A DNA stretch of 42,100 nt from a virus. Its lineage: Duplodnaviria > Caudoviricetes. Positions 7,620 to 17,600 of this stretch are shown here, piece by piece. The position numbers were made by a program, and so were the translations under genes. The stretch lies in the IMG/VR virus record IMGVR_UViG_3300037167_000001, positions 1-42,100 of that record, one strand, 5' to 3'. Below the pieces are notes generated by a model. The model had not been told where the DNA came from, did no database searches, and worked only from the letters and a program-made list of their open reading frames with translations. Position 1 is the first letter of the stretch. The number at the start of each line of letters is the position of its first letter.

Positions 7620-9434
7620 ATGTCATTCAGTACCGATCCAGTCGAAGGACTAACACAGTTCTTCGATACAATCTGGGGGTCGGTTGATGGATTTGTCTAC
7701 CTGCCCGTCAAGGACCAAACTAATACATGGAAGAAAAACTTCTTTCCATGGCCAAAAGCTAAGCGAAATATTATTGATTACGTCCTTGCTAATGCTGCTC
7801 AGAGCAAGGACGTTTATTTCTCTCCTGCTGTCTGGGAGAAACCAAGTTTAGAGCGATCGAGTATTAAAGGCTCAAATGTTGTCTGGGCTGATTTCGATGG
7901 TTCCTACCCTGACGAGTGGACGACCCCGCGGCCGCAGGCCGGGAGCGAGGCACCAGGGGCCGTTCCGGGGCATCCCAGCGTCACGGTCCAGAGCAGCACT
8001 GAGAGCCACCAGCACGTTTATTGGAAGCTAGACGAATTCAATACTGACCTGGATCGAATTCAGGAAATCAACAGAGCTATTGCTTATACCTATAAGGCCG
8101 ATAGTTCTGGGTGGGACGCAGAACAAATTCTTCGTCCCCCGTTTACCACTAACCACAAGCGTAGTCTGCCTGTACTAATTTCTTCCTTCGACGACACCAC
8201 CTATCCTGTTGACGATTTTAGTCATTTCAAATCTGTAAAACAACTTGTGCGTGAAGCAGTAGATATTGAAAATCTCCCAGACCCTGTAACCGTTATTGGG
8301 AAATATGTCTGGGAACCTGATACCTTAGATCTCATCAATAAACCAAAAGAAGAACTGAATATAGATCGTTCGGCTGGAATGATGCGGATTGCGTACACAG
8401 CCGCTGAAAAAGGTTTATCTGACGCTGAGGCATATAGTATACTTCTCTGGATTGATGATCGCTGGGAGAAGTTTAAGCAACGTGGTGACAGGCAACGCCG
8501 ACTTTTAGATATGATAAATAAAGCCCGTCAGAAGTATCCCCATAAAATCGAGGATCCAACATTTGACGGGCTTCGTGGCAAATTAACACCTGTAGCGGTT
8601 GACATCAAAGTAGTATACAACTTCGGAGAATTCCTCGCTACAGATATTTCAGTAGACTGGGTTGTAAAAGATCTGATTTCTGAGCAATCCATCAATCTTA
8701 TCGCCGGACCGGCAAATGTTGGTAAGACACAGTTAGCAATTAACTTAGCAACGCACGTAGCACTTAGTAAAATGCTAGTAGGATATCAACCACTAGGTAG
8801 GCGTAAGAATCTGTTCCTATCTCTAGAAATGGGACCAGGGCTTCTGCATAGGCTACTTGGTATTATGGCAAAGGGATATACGGATGCAGAACTCCAGGTT
8901 CTATCTAAAAACTTCTTCGTCGCTCCACTCGGGGAATCCATTCCGATACATCGACCTGAGGGTCGGAAATTTGTCGAGTCCGTCATTGAGGAGTATGAAC
9001 CGGAGGGCATTTACATTGACTCTCTTGGGAAAGTACTACTTGGGGACCTTAATAACGACGAAAAGGTACGTGAATTCTTCGCATATCTTAGTGCGCTTAG
9101 GGCAAAGTATGGTACCCATTTCGTCATTGTGCATCACACTAGGAAGCCACAAGAAGGTAATAAGAGACCACGAGAACTGGGTGACATTTACGGTTCACAG
9201 TATATCACGTCCGAACCGGACTCTGTCCTTTCCTTATGGCCTGAGGAAAAGAACATCATTTCAGTCCGAGAAGTAAAGAACCGTATGGCAGAAAAGCAAG
9301 ATACATTTAGTATACAACGAGTAGAGCACTTGGGATTTATGAGATACGACAACACAGAGATGGCTATCGAACAGCATGGACTTTCTACGAGTACCGATCC
9401 ACGGCGCCAGCCAGGAGCAATGTTTGGATTCTGA
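7620..9434 (+). CDS. Primase-helicase (AEP/RepB-type primase fused to an AAA_25/RepA-like helicase)
   Basis: VWADFD, QSS...HVYW and ILRPP primase motifs; GPANVGKT, SLEM, IYIDSL, VHHTRK and DIYGS helicase motifs. Confidence 0.88.
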   Translation: MSFSTDPVEGLTQFFDTIWGSVDGFVYLPVKDQTNTWKKNFFPWPKAKRNIIDYVLANAAQSKDVYFSPAVWEKPSLERSSIKGSNVVWADFDGSYPDEWTTPRPQAGSEAPGAVPGHPSVTVQSSTESHQHVYWKLDEFNTDLDRIQEINRAIAYTYKADSSGWDAEQILRPPFTTNHKRSLPVLISSFDDTTYPVDDFSHFKSVKQLVREAVDIENLPDPVTVIGKYVWEPDTLDLINKPKEELNIDRSAGMMRIAYTAAEKGLSDAEAYSILLWIDDRWEKFKQRGDRQRRLLDMINKARQKYPHKIEDPTFDGLRGKLTPVAVDIKVVYNFGEFLATDISVDWVVKDLISEQSINLIAGPANVGKTQLAINLATHVALSKMLVGYQPLGRRKNLFLSLEMGPGLLHRLLGIMAKGYTDAELQVLSKNFFVAPLGESIPIHRPEGRKFVESVIEEYEPEGIYIDSLGKVLLGDLNNDEKVREFFAYLSALRAKYGTHFVIVHHTRKPQEGNKRPRELGDIYGSQYITSEPDSVLSLWPEEKNIISVREVKNRMAEKQDTFSIQRVEHLGFMRYDNTEMAIEQHGLSTSTDPRRQPGAMFGF

Positions 9435-11169
9435 TAATAGTATTAGTCTGGAGGACTTTCTAGAAAAGGCACGAGTAGTACCAGAAATTGCAGTTGATAC
9501 TGAAACAAATAAACAGGACGTGAGAGATGGAAGAGGATTCGCCACTGGAGTATCAATTGCATACAACTATCCAGGGCTTGGACGTTTATCTCACTATCTA
9601 CCATTCAGACACAAAGTGGGCCAAAGCCTGGAGGGAACCTTCCGACGACAGCTACAGGATATCCTTGAGTTCCGCGCAGCTAATGGACTACCTGTTATTT
9701 ATCATAACTCCAAGTTCGATATCCCATCGCTTGGGACTTTAGGAATTGATTTAACCGGTTCATTCCATTACTGCACAATGCTCATTACACATCTTATTGA
9801 TGAAAACCTTTACAGTGATTCTCTCGACTCTGTAGCGAAACATTTTCTCCATGACCAAGGCAAACTCAAATCAGATCTCTTTAAGAAGATTGAAAAAGCA
9901 TACGGTTGGGAGAACATTCCATCAGAAGTTATGTATGAGTACGCAGCGTATGACGCAGATCTTACGTTAAGGGTATGGGAACATATTAAGCCTATGTTCT
10001 TTGCAGAAAAACTACATGAGTATTGGCCTCATAAGTTACACACAATTGAAGTAGTCACATCCATGGAGCGTCATGGCGTTAAAATTGATGTACCACTTTG
10101 TGAACAAATGTCATTCGCAGCATCGGAGTCCATGCTAGATGTAGTTGAATTACTTGATTTAAATCCCGGTAGTCCTAAAGACTTAAAAACCTTACTACTA
10201 GACAAGCTCGGTTTACCTATACTTAAGCGTAGTCAGAAAACTGGCAACCCTTCATTCGATAAAGAGGTCATGTTAGAATATGATGAAATCCTTGAACGAA
10301 GACAAGATCCTACCAGTAGTCTCATCCTGTCTTACAGAGGATGGCAAAAGTCTAAAAGTAGCAATTACGATCCCTACGTCAAACTTCTATCCCCGGACGG
10401 ACGACTCCGGCCGAATTACAAATTACACGGTACTAAGACTGGAAGATTCAGTTGTGTTGACCCTAACCTTCAACAAATCCCCAAGTCCGGAGTAAAACCT
10501 TGGAATGGTAAAATGAAAAAAGCCTTCATCGAAGATGAAGGCTGGGAGCTATGGGAAGGTGACTATTCACAGCTAGAATTTAGACTAACCGCCGCTGTAG
10601 CGAATGAGACTCATCTCCTTGAAGTATTTGCAGATGATGAGCGCGATGTATTCAATGAGATGGCACAACGTATTGGATTAGTACGACAAGACATCAAGAT
10701 ATTTGTATACGCTACAGGATATGGCGCAGGTATTAATAAGATCCACCATTCACTAGGTGTGACACCACAGCGAGCCCAGCAAGTTAGAAGTCAGTATTGG
10801 GCACAATACCCAGGCATTAAAACAATCTCAGACGCAGCCAGAAATACAGTTATTCGAGATGGCAAGATTCGACTATGGTCTGGCCGCTACAGGCATTTCC
10901 AGTGGCCTAAGACAGAAGGGCATAAGGCACTAAACTCATGGGTTCAAGGTGGAGCAGCAGATATTGTCGAGCGGACGATGTGGCGTTTATACGAAGGTGT
11001 CGAGTCCGAATATTGCCATATGCTTCTGCAGGTTCACGACTCAATTGTTTTTGCCATACGTTCAGATATGAGAGATAAAGTCTTGCCAGAAATCAAGCGA
11101 ATTATGGAGGCAGTTGAACCTGACTTCGGAGTTCGGTTCAAAACAGATATTCATCGTTGGGCGGAGTGA
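9376..11169 (+). CDS. polA: Family A DNA polymerase with 3'-5' exonuclease (start possibly about 9425)
   Basis: DTET, HNSKFD and YAAYDA exonuclease motifs; TGRFS, NLQQIP, DYSQLE, K...Y...YG and QVHDS. Tyr at the position equivalent to E. coli 762. Confidence 0.95.
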   Translation: MDFLRVPIHGASQEQCLDSDNSISLEDFLEKARVVPEIAVDTETNKQDVRDGRGFATGVSIAYNYPGLGRLSHYLPFRHKVGQSLEGTFRRQLQDILEFRAANGLPVIYHNSKFDIPSLGTLGIDLTGSFHYCTMLITHLIDENLYSDSLDSVAKHFLHDQGKLKSDLFKKIEKAYGWENIPSEVMYEYAAYDADLTLRVWEHIKPMFFAEKLHEYWPHKLHTIEVVTSMERHGVKIDVPLCEQMSFAASESMLDVVELLDLNPGSPKDLKTLLLDKLGLPILKRSQKTGNPSFDKEVMLEYDEILERRQDPTSSLILSYRGWQKSKSSNYDPYVKLLSPDGRLRPNYKLHGTKTGRFSCVDPNLQQIPKSGVKPWNGKMKKAFIEDEGWELWEGDYSQLEFRLTAAVANETHLLEVFADDERDVFNEMAQRIGLVRQDIKIFVYATGYGAGINKIHHSLGVTPQRAQQVRSQYWAQYPGIKTISDAARNTVIRDGKIRLWSGRYRHFQWPKTEGHKALNSWVQGGAADIVERTMWRLYEGVESEYCHMLLQVHDSIVFAIRSDMRDKVLPEIKRIMEAVEPDFGVRFKTDIHRWAE

Positions 11170-11634
11170 ATGTCAAATTATCTAGCAGTAGATCCTGGTG
11201 CAGGAAGAACTGATACTATCGGGTATGCAGTATTCGATTTTGAAGGAAGTCTGATTGATTTAGGCCAGCTCACATTTGAAGACTTTAGTGACTGGCTGGA
11301 AGAACACGTTGAAGATGAGTTTGAAAAGATTATTTGTGAAGACTACCGAATTCGACGAGATAAGATTAAATCTCATGTAGGTAGTAGGGTTGAAACAATC
11401 CAGACCATTGGCGTAATTAGAGCATTTGCAAGACGCAAGAAAATCGAGATTGTCTTTCAAGAAGCTAGAATTTTAGGCCCTGCACAACTACATTTCGGCA
11501 TCAAAATTCCTACAGATCACAGTCAATCTCATAGATACTGTGCGCTTCTACACGGTATGGAATACCTACATAGTATTGGCAAGGCTAAGACAGTCCTGGA
11601 GAAGGAATATGAGACACACCATCGGAAGCACTGA
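11170..11634 (+). CDS. RuvC-like Holliday junction resolvase
   Basis: N-terminal YLAVDPG...GYAV and IICED; follows the polymerase. Confidence 0.75.
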   Translation: MSNYLAVDPGAGRTDTIGYAVFDFEGSLIDLGQLTFEDFSDWLEEHVEDEFEKIICEDYRIRRDKIKSHVGSRVETIQTIGVIRAFARRKKIEIVFQEARILGPAQLHFGIKIPTDHSQSHRYCALLHGMEYLHSIGKAKTVLEKEYETHHRKH

Positions 11635-11872
11635 TTGTGTCCAAGTCGAGCATTGTATCTCTCATGACGAAGACGAGAAGATTACCTCTGGTACTTTTAA
11701 AGTTTGCTTCGAGTGTTTTCATGTATTTCCCACCATTAAAGATCTAGTCGACGCCGAAGAAGCAATGCGTAAAGAGATGGCAGATGCGGGGTATGAAACT
11801 TATAAAAAGAATCTCTCTGTTTTTTCTACTCTTGAAATTCGTTCTTGTCCGTTTTGTTCACATGACTGGTGA
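11609..11872 (+). CDS. Hypothetical zinc-binding protein
   Basis: CFECFH and CPFCSHDW; AAGGA just upstream of the ATG at 11609. Confidence 0.65.
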   Translation: MRHTIGSTDCVQVEHCISHDEDEKITSGTFKVCFECFHVFPTIKDLVDAEEAMRKEMADAGYETYKKNLSVFSTLEIRSCPFCSHDW

Positions 11873-11995
11873 GCGATTTATCGAACAACCTAGAGAACTT
11901 AGACAAATAATTTACAGCCTAATTCTTTTAGTTATTATCCTTCTAGCTAGTCGTACGAACTACGCACAATGCCATGACTTGCTCTTAAAGGAGAT

Positions 11996-12556
11996 TTGCA
12001 AGTGAGGCAAGAACTTAAAATTGCAAGGCAGATGCAGAAATTTGCAGCACTTGCAGCTAAAGCAGGACATACTGTTGAACTTCCAAAAGATATCAAAGCC
12101 GCTACAGCGGAGGTTATTGCAGTAAGAAAAACCTTACCTCCACTCTATGAAGCAGAAGCGGTATTACTTGCACTAGAGAAACCAGCTAGATTTGAATACA
12201 AGATATGCAAGCGTGAAGAATGTAAAGAACCTTTTGGAACCAACTATCGCGCTGTTGCTTATTGCTCAGATAACTGTCGAGCTAAAGAACTTGCAAAAAT
12301 TGGAATACACTGGAACCCGTCGAAACCACCTGAACTTCGATGGGGAGGGGAACCTCCACTGATAATTCCACCATCTGTCGTAAAGTTGCTAAGATCTTTG
12401 CTCTCTCAGTTGCCGCCAAACGAAGAATTAATTGAACATGCTCCTCCTGAGATTCCACAGGAAGTCGTCCAGAATAAAACCATCCTTCCCGAACCGCCTC
12501 TTGAATGTATTGTTCAAGAAACTCCAAAGGAAGATTCCGTCTTTCAGTTTTTGTGA
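11996..12556 (+). CDS. Zinc-finger protein with a Pro/Glu-rich tail (start probably GTG 12002)
   Basis: CKREECKEPF...YCSDNC; AAGGAG RBS. Confidence 0.75.
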   Translation: MQVRQELKIARQMQKFAALAAKAGHTVELPKDIKAATAEVIAVRKTLPPLYEAEAVLLALEKPARFEYKICKREECKEPFGTNYRAVAYCSDNCRAKELAKIGIHWNPSKPPELRWGGEPPLIIPPSVVKLLRSLLSQLPPNEELIEHAPPEIPQEVVQNKTILPEPPLECIVQETPKEDSVFQFL

Positions 12557-12749
12557 GCCCTCCCCAAATACCGTACTCATCATGAATAACGCCCTCTTTT
12601 AAACAATCTTGTATAACAGGGCATTGTCCACAAAATCTATGTTTTATATAATAAGAGGGTTTTCCTGGGGCATTAAATCGTCTCCTGGTCTCCTCTGAGG
12701 CAGACAGACAAGCACCCCGTAGGCGCCACTGTCCATGATTTACTGTCAT
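12282..12749 (-). CDS. whiB: WhiB-family transcription factor
   Basis: W...GAC, CGQCPVIQDC and GIWGGLT..ER: four Cys plus the G[IV]WGG signature. Confidence 0.92.
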   Translation of the reverse strand: MTVNHGQWRLRGACLSASEETRRRFNAPGKPSYYIKHRFCGQCPVIQDCLKEGVIHDEYGIWGGLTKTERRNLPLEFLEQYIQEAVREGWFYSGRLPVESQEEHVQLILRLAATERAKILATLRQMVELSVEVPLPIEVQVVSTGSSVFQFLQVL

Positions 12750-12785
12750 GGTTTACAGTGTACTGCCTACGGGGTGCTTTTTGTC
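12706..12785. terminator. Long imperfect hairpin near the convergence of the two arms, spanning the whiB start
   Basis: AAGCACCCCGTAGGC (12710-12724) pairs with GCCTACGGGGTGCTT (12765-12779); inner stems are present and a T-run follows on the + strand. Confidence 0.65.
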
Positions 12786-12990
12786 AAGCGGAGGGAATGT
12801 CTGTTTTGACAGGGCTCTCGACCCGGTAGATCCCGTGATACGGGGTGTAGTGAACACCTAGAACTGTCGCTACAGAGAGAACCGCTCCAACAATTGTACT
12901 ATACGGTTCCGGCAAAATATTGAACGAACTCACTGTAGCGAGCATTCCTAGTGCAGTGATTCCTGCTTTATTTACTGTTTTCCAGTTCAT
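12784..12990 (-). CDS. Holin-like small membrane protein
   Basis: 68 aa with two hydrophobic segments, at the end of the late arm. Confidence 0.6.
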   Translation of the reverse strand: MNWKTVNKAGITALGMLATVSSFNILPEPYSTIVGAVLSVATVLGVHYTPYHGIYRVESPVKTDIPSA

Positions 12991-13319
12991 TGAAAACTCA
13001 CGTTCCCACTCTTAATGATAAGTGCTAAAACAGCCAGGATTACAGCGGTAATGATAACGCCTATATACTTCTTACGATCATCTTCTAAGTCTTTAATACG
13101 CTTGTCTAAAGCTTGTTGAGATGTCTCAAATTGAATTTTAATAGTTTCTTGATAAAGTTTGAATACTTCTTTTGAAACGTATGTCTCAGCTAGCTCTGAT
13201 AGTTTGTCATCTACATGCTTTTTAACATCTTTTACATCGTCTCTTAATTCGTTAAGTCTTGTATTAATTGACTCTAACACTACTGAGGCTACCCCCGTAG
13301 CAGGATCGAGCGGAGTCAC
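12987..13319 (-). CDS. Coiled-coil protein with a C-terminal membrane anchor (lysis-associated?)
   Basis: Heptad-like region followed by YIGVIITAVILAVLALII. Confidence 0.6.
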   Translation of the reverse strand: MTPLDPATGVASVVLESINTRLNELRDDVKDVKKHVDDKLSELAETYVSKEVFKLYQETIKIQFETSQQALDKRIKDLEDDRKKYIGVIITAVILAVLALIIKSGNVSFQ

Positions 13320-14095
13320 TAAATTCTACCCATCTGCTTAAGTAGGGATAAAGCGTATGAGTTTAATTCAGGTGGTGGGGGAGGGCCTTGCGGTTGCATC
13401 ATTTGCTGTTGCTGGGGATTTTGTTGAGAAGGCTGAGGTTGAATTCCTAATGCTTCTGGTGCACCTACAGTCTGACGTAATTTCTCTGCAGCCTGTGGCG
13501 GAACAACCATTTCACCTTGGTGAATCTGTGCTACAGTATCTTGAGGAATATTCCAAGCACCTGTATCAAATGAAGGTAAGAACTTCCGGTAGGAACCGCT
13601 GTTATAAGTAGACCAAGGTTGGAAGTTTTTACCTCCGTTTGAAATAGCGTAAGCAGCTGCAACCTGTTTAGCTAAACCTCCAGACTGTAGGCTGCTGAGA
13701 TTTCTGTTAGGATCTACGCCATTCTTTAGAGTACGTACTTGGAAATACCCATAGCTAGGGCCCCAGGTAGAATTCTCTAACCCTACATCTCCTACAGCAT
13801 CAGGTCTATATCCAGACTCAGCACCAGCAATCCCATACATTGTTCGTGCTGCAGCAGGACTAAAACCCCCTGCAACTAACGCGTCATATAAGCTTTTCCC
13901 AGGTCCACCGCTATAAGTCCCCTGGGACTGGGGCTGAGCAGTACTTGCGCTTCCATATGAATTAGCAAGGGTAGACTGCTGTTGCTGTGCTGCCAAATTT
14001 GCACGTTGAATTGCAGCTTGCTGTGCAGCAGCTAAAGCATCAGTACCCATTGAGCTAATAATTGGAAGTCTATCATTGATTGAAGTGTACCCCAT
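13319..14095 (-). CDS. Virion-associated lytic transglycosylase
   Basis: GIAGAESG, SYGYFQV and GGKNFQPWSTY lysozyme-like motifs, plus an FDTG...HQGEMVVP segment. Confidence 0.82.
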   Translation of the reverse strand: MGYTSINDRLPIISSMGTDALAAAQQAAIQRANLAAQQQQSTLANSYGSASTAQPQSQGTYSGGPGKSLYDALVAGGFSPAAARTMYGIAGAESGYRPDAVGDVGLENSTWGPSYGYFQVRTLKNGVDPNRNLSSLQSGGLAKQVAAAYAISNGGKNFQPWSTYNSGSYRKFLPSFDTGAWNIPQDTVAQIHQGEMVVPPQAAEKLRQTVGAPEALGIQPQPSQQNPQQQQMMQPQGPPPPPELNSYALSLLKQMGRI

Positions 14096-14108
14096 TTTAG
14101 ACCTCCTC

Positions 14109-14657
14109 CTAGTAACTCATACTGATGCCGAAAGCATTCTTATCCCAGCCACCGCTGTTCAAACTTCTAGTCTGAACATCTGCCCCTGTGTGAGGAGATT
14201 CAAGAATTTGACCATTGCCCATATAAAAAGCAATGTGTCCAACCCCAGTATTGCCACCCTCATCCCAACCTACAAGGTCACCAGGTTGAAGACTACTAAT
14301 AGAAGTTCTCTTACCTGCTCTTGCTTGTTCCTGAGACGTACGCGCAATCTTAACTCCGTTTTGACCTAGAACGTATTGCACTAGTCCAGAACAGTCGAAA
14401 CCACTTTGAGGATTAGAACCTCCCCATTGGTAAGGAGTTCCTAGAAATTTCTGCGCATAGCTAAGAATTGCCTGTCGTTGCCCTGTAGCGCTAACAGATG
14501 AAGAATAATTAGGCACTGAAGAATAACTACTACTACTATTTGCTGCTAGATTAGCTTTTTGTACTGCTTGTTGTCTAGCCGCAGTTAAAGCGTCAGTACC
14601 CATTGTATCAATAGCAGGCAGACGATCCAAAATGGAATTATAGCCTGTATTAGCCAC
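14109..14657 (-). CDS. NlpC/P60 peptidoglycan peptidase
   Basis: GTPYQWGG, FDCSGL, PGDLV and GHIAFY; GTG start at 14657 chosen by alignment with the neighbouring gene. Confidence 0.9.
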   Translation of the reverse strand: MANTGYNSILDRLPAIDTMGTDALTAARQQAVQKANLAANSSSSYSSVPNYSSSVSATGQRQAILSYAQKFLGTPYQWGGSNPQSGFDCSGLVQYVLGQNGVKIARTSQEQARAGKRTSISSLQPGDLVGWDEGGNTGVGHIAFYMGNGQILESPHTGADVQTRSLNSGGWDKNAFGISMSY

Positions 14658-17600
14658 CTTGAGCCGCCCTTCTAAGATTATCCTTAAGCTCAAACTGGGC
14701 TGACTTCACGTAATTAGGTTTAGTATAGTTCTTGATACCCATTCCTGTCAACCAGTTTAGAATTGCCTGTTCGTTAGTTCCGGGTGCTTCATTTCCCTTT
14801 TGAACTTGACGGTTCGGTGCAAATCCAGCTAAGGGGTCTGTATTAGTAAATCGACCTGCCTGGGAAATGATTGGGAGTTGCTGTGTCCAATATTCAGAAG
14901 CAGTAGGGATATCAGAACCAGTACCTAGACTCTTAGCATAGTTATTACCGCTACCCATTCCAATTTCCATAGGAATACGAAGGGCAGGCGTTAAACTTCC
15001 TAGAACTTGCTGAGGTCCCTGGGCACCTAGGTAAGAACTACCAAGGTCCGATACAGGATCTCCAGGATTAGCTCCAAAAAGATTCTGCCCAACACTCCAC
15101 TGAGGACCTAAGATATTATCCCTAAGCCATGAAGGAAATAGTCTGTCTGCAGGGAATGGGTCATAGATAGAATTAGGATCAATTCCCATTGTCTGTGCTA
15201 ATTCATACGAAGCCTTGGGAATCGCAACGAACCGGCCGGGCTTCATTACTGCAGCTTCAACAACCAGAGGAATAGCCTTACGGAACCAGGAGTAGAAAGG
15301 AATAAGTCGACGCATTACCTGACGTTCAAACGAAGTTAAGTCTGAACCGTCAGGGTGCCATTTACGAACTACTTTACCTGCTTCATCAAAAGCATGTTCA
15401 ATATTAAGGAAGTTGCCTTTTTCTAAGGCATCAGTGAAGTGAGCCATTCGTACCCAGTGGTCACGCGCCTGTGAAAGGCCGCCAGCGACCTTCTGGACGC
15501 GCCCACCGAAAGGCTTGATTACGTTATCTAGTAGCTGAGACTCACGGAATGCAGTATCTTCCAATACCTGATATCCAGGCAGTAAGCCCTTACGGAAAGC
15601 TCCTCTAAAGACAGCGTCGTACGAAACCTTCTGCTTAACACCCTTCATCATCACCGTGATAGTTTTACTAGAAGGCTTAGTCATTGCTTCCGAGCCTGCC
15701 AGTAATGCCTCAAAACTATCCCAGTCTCTATAAGAAGATGCCCTAGTCCGCATAATCTCAGCTGCTTTTGTGTATACTCTGGGATTGGTAACCCCTGCTA
15801 AGAAGCTAAGACCCATATCCCCAATAATATTACGCACATGGTGAGTAGGGTTGTAGTAGGTTACGGATGCCTTCCACTTGTGTAAAACAGTATCGTACAT
15901 ACGGAGTAAGGCGTCGTCACGGAAAACCTTATTGTTAATGAATCTATCTGCATAAGGAATTTGCTTAATGATTTCATTTGCATAGTAAAGATTTGGGTCC
16001 ATAAACTGGAAGATCGTACTAACGCCCTTTTTATCTACAACCTTACTGAACCCTGGTTTCGCTACAGTGGATACCCAAGGGTGATCTTCTGCAACTCTAG
16101 AAAGATCCCGTCCAACAGTTACATCTACTGTAGCGCGTTGGAATGCAGCATGAATCTTATCCAGAGTATCTAATGGATCGTCCATATTTTCCCAAGTACG
16201 CCAAACATTTGCCTGGTCAATCATAGGCTTACCGCTGGTAAATCTAAAGTCCTTTGGTACACCGTAGAAATCCATGACACTATTCAAATGATCTGCAAAG
16301 AATCCGTTACGCACTGCAAAAGAACCTACTGCGTTCTTTCCACCATTGAACAGAATATCAGTGGACTGCTTCATAGTGTCCATTAATTCTGCCATTGCAG
16401 GGTCTGTAGCGGCAGTTCCTTGCTGCAATAATTTGAATGCCTCTGCTAGCTTCTCTTTAGCTAAGCCAACATTAGGTACACCAGTTCGTAGAGCTTCTTC
16501 TGCCGCAAGTTTATTGGCAGAACTCTGTGCAGCAGACATTAATCCACGATGAAACTGCGAAAAGTTCTGAGTTACATTGTGTGCCTCATGGACCATATAG
16601 TGCATATCTGCATGCTTAAAGGGCGCATAGAAAGCTCGCCCAAACTTATCTGTAAGCGCAAGAAGTTTATTTTCTAACGGTGCATTAGCCCTAAAGATAC
16701 CCTGACTCATCTGGGTAAAGTATAGATCGCTCAGATTAACAGGGTCCATCTCTGCAGGAGTAGCATCTGTGACAGCTTCTAGTGCACGGTCTCTCTGTAG
16801 CGCTACGCCACCAGTACGAATTTCCTCTGGAGTACCAGCAGCCAATTTCTTAGCATGCGCTGCCTCAGACAACGCAGAAGGCACAATACCCTCTGCGTTA
16901 AGCTCACTGTCACCAATAACTTTGGCTAACCCGTTAGCCTCTACAGGTGCCTTAAGTTTGCTGCCAATTGCTTGCATATCGGCCTGGCGAGTTACCAGAT
17001 CACCAAAAGCTTCGCCCATCGAAATGTTAGGATTGGTGAATTTAGTAATGACGTTATGCACAACAGTATCTGTCATGCTCTTTACAGATTCACCGATCTT
17101 AATGCTCTGTTCAGCGTAGTTAGCATTAATTCGTTGTAAAATCTTAGGTAGTGCAAGACGAACTGCCTTATCCATCTCAGCTGCGGTTTTCGCAGCATCA
17201 CCAAGAACTTCACCCTTACCCGCTGTAGAGAACAAAACTAGATTAGCCTCATGTGCCAAGTCCATATTGCCACCATGCAAAGCTGCCTGTGCATAATTAG
17301 CAGCAGCATCTAAGAATTTAGTCACATGAATATTTACCGCGTTACGTCCACGAGTGAAAAGTGCCTTCTTGACTGTACGCTCATCTAGGTTATTGAGAAC
17401 GTCCATGAGACTTAGCATGAGACCTTCATTCTGGTCCCCTGCAATAAACTTGACACCCTCTTGCTTAAACGCAGCCTCAGAGAAATTCATAGCTGCCATT
17501 ACGCGAGAGAACATTAACTGACTACGCAGCTTAAGATGTGCAGATAGAGCCTTGCCAGTTAAACCTGTAGTATAGGTTTCCCTATTAACCTTATTCACCA

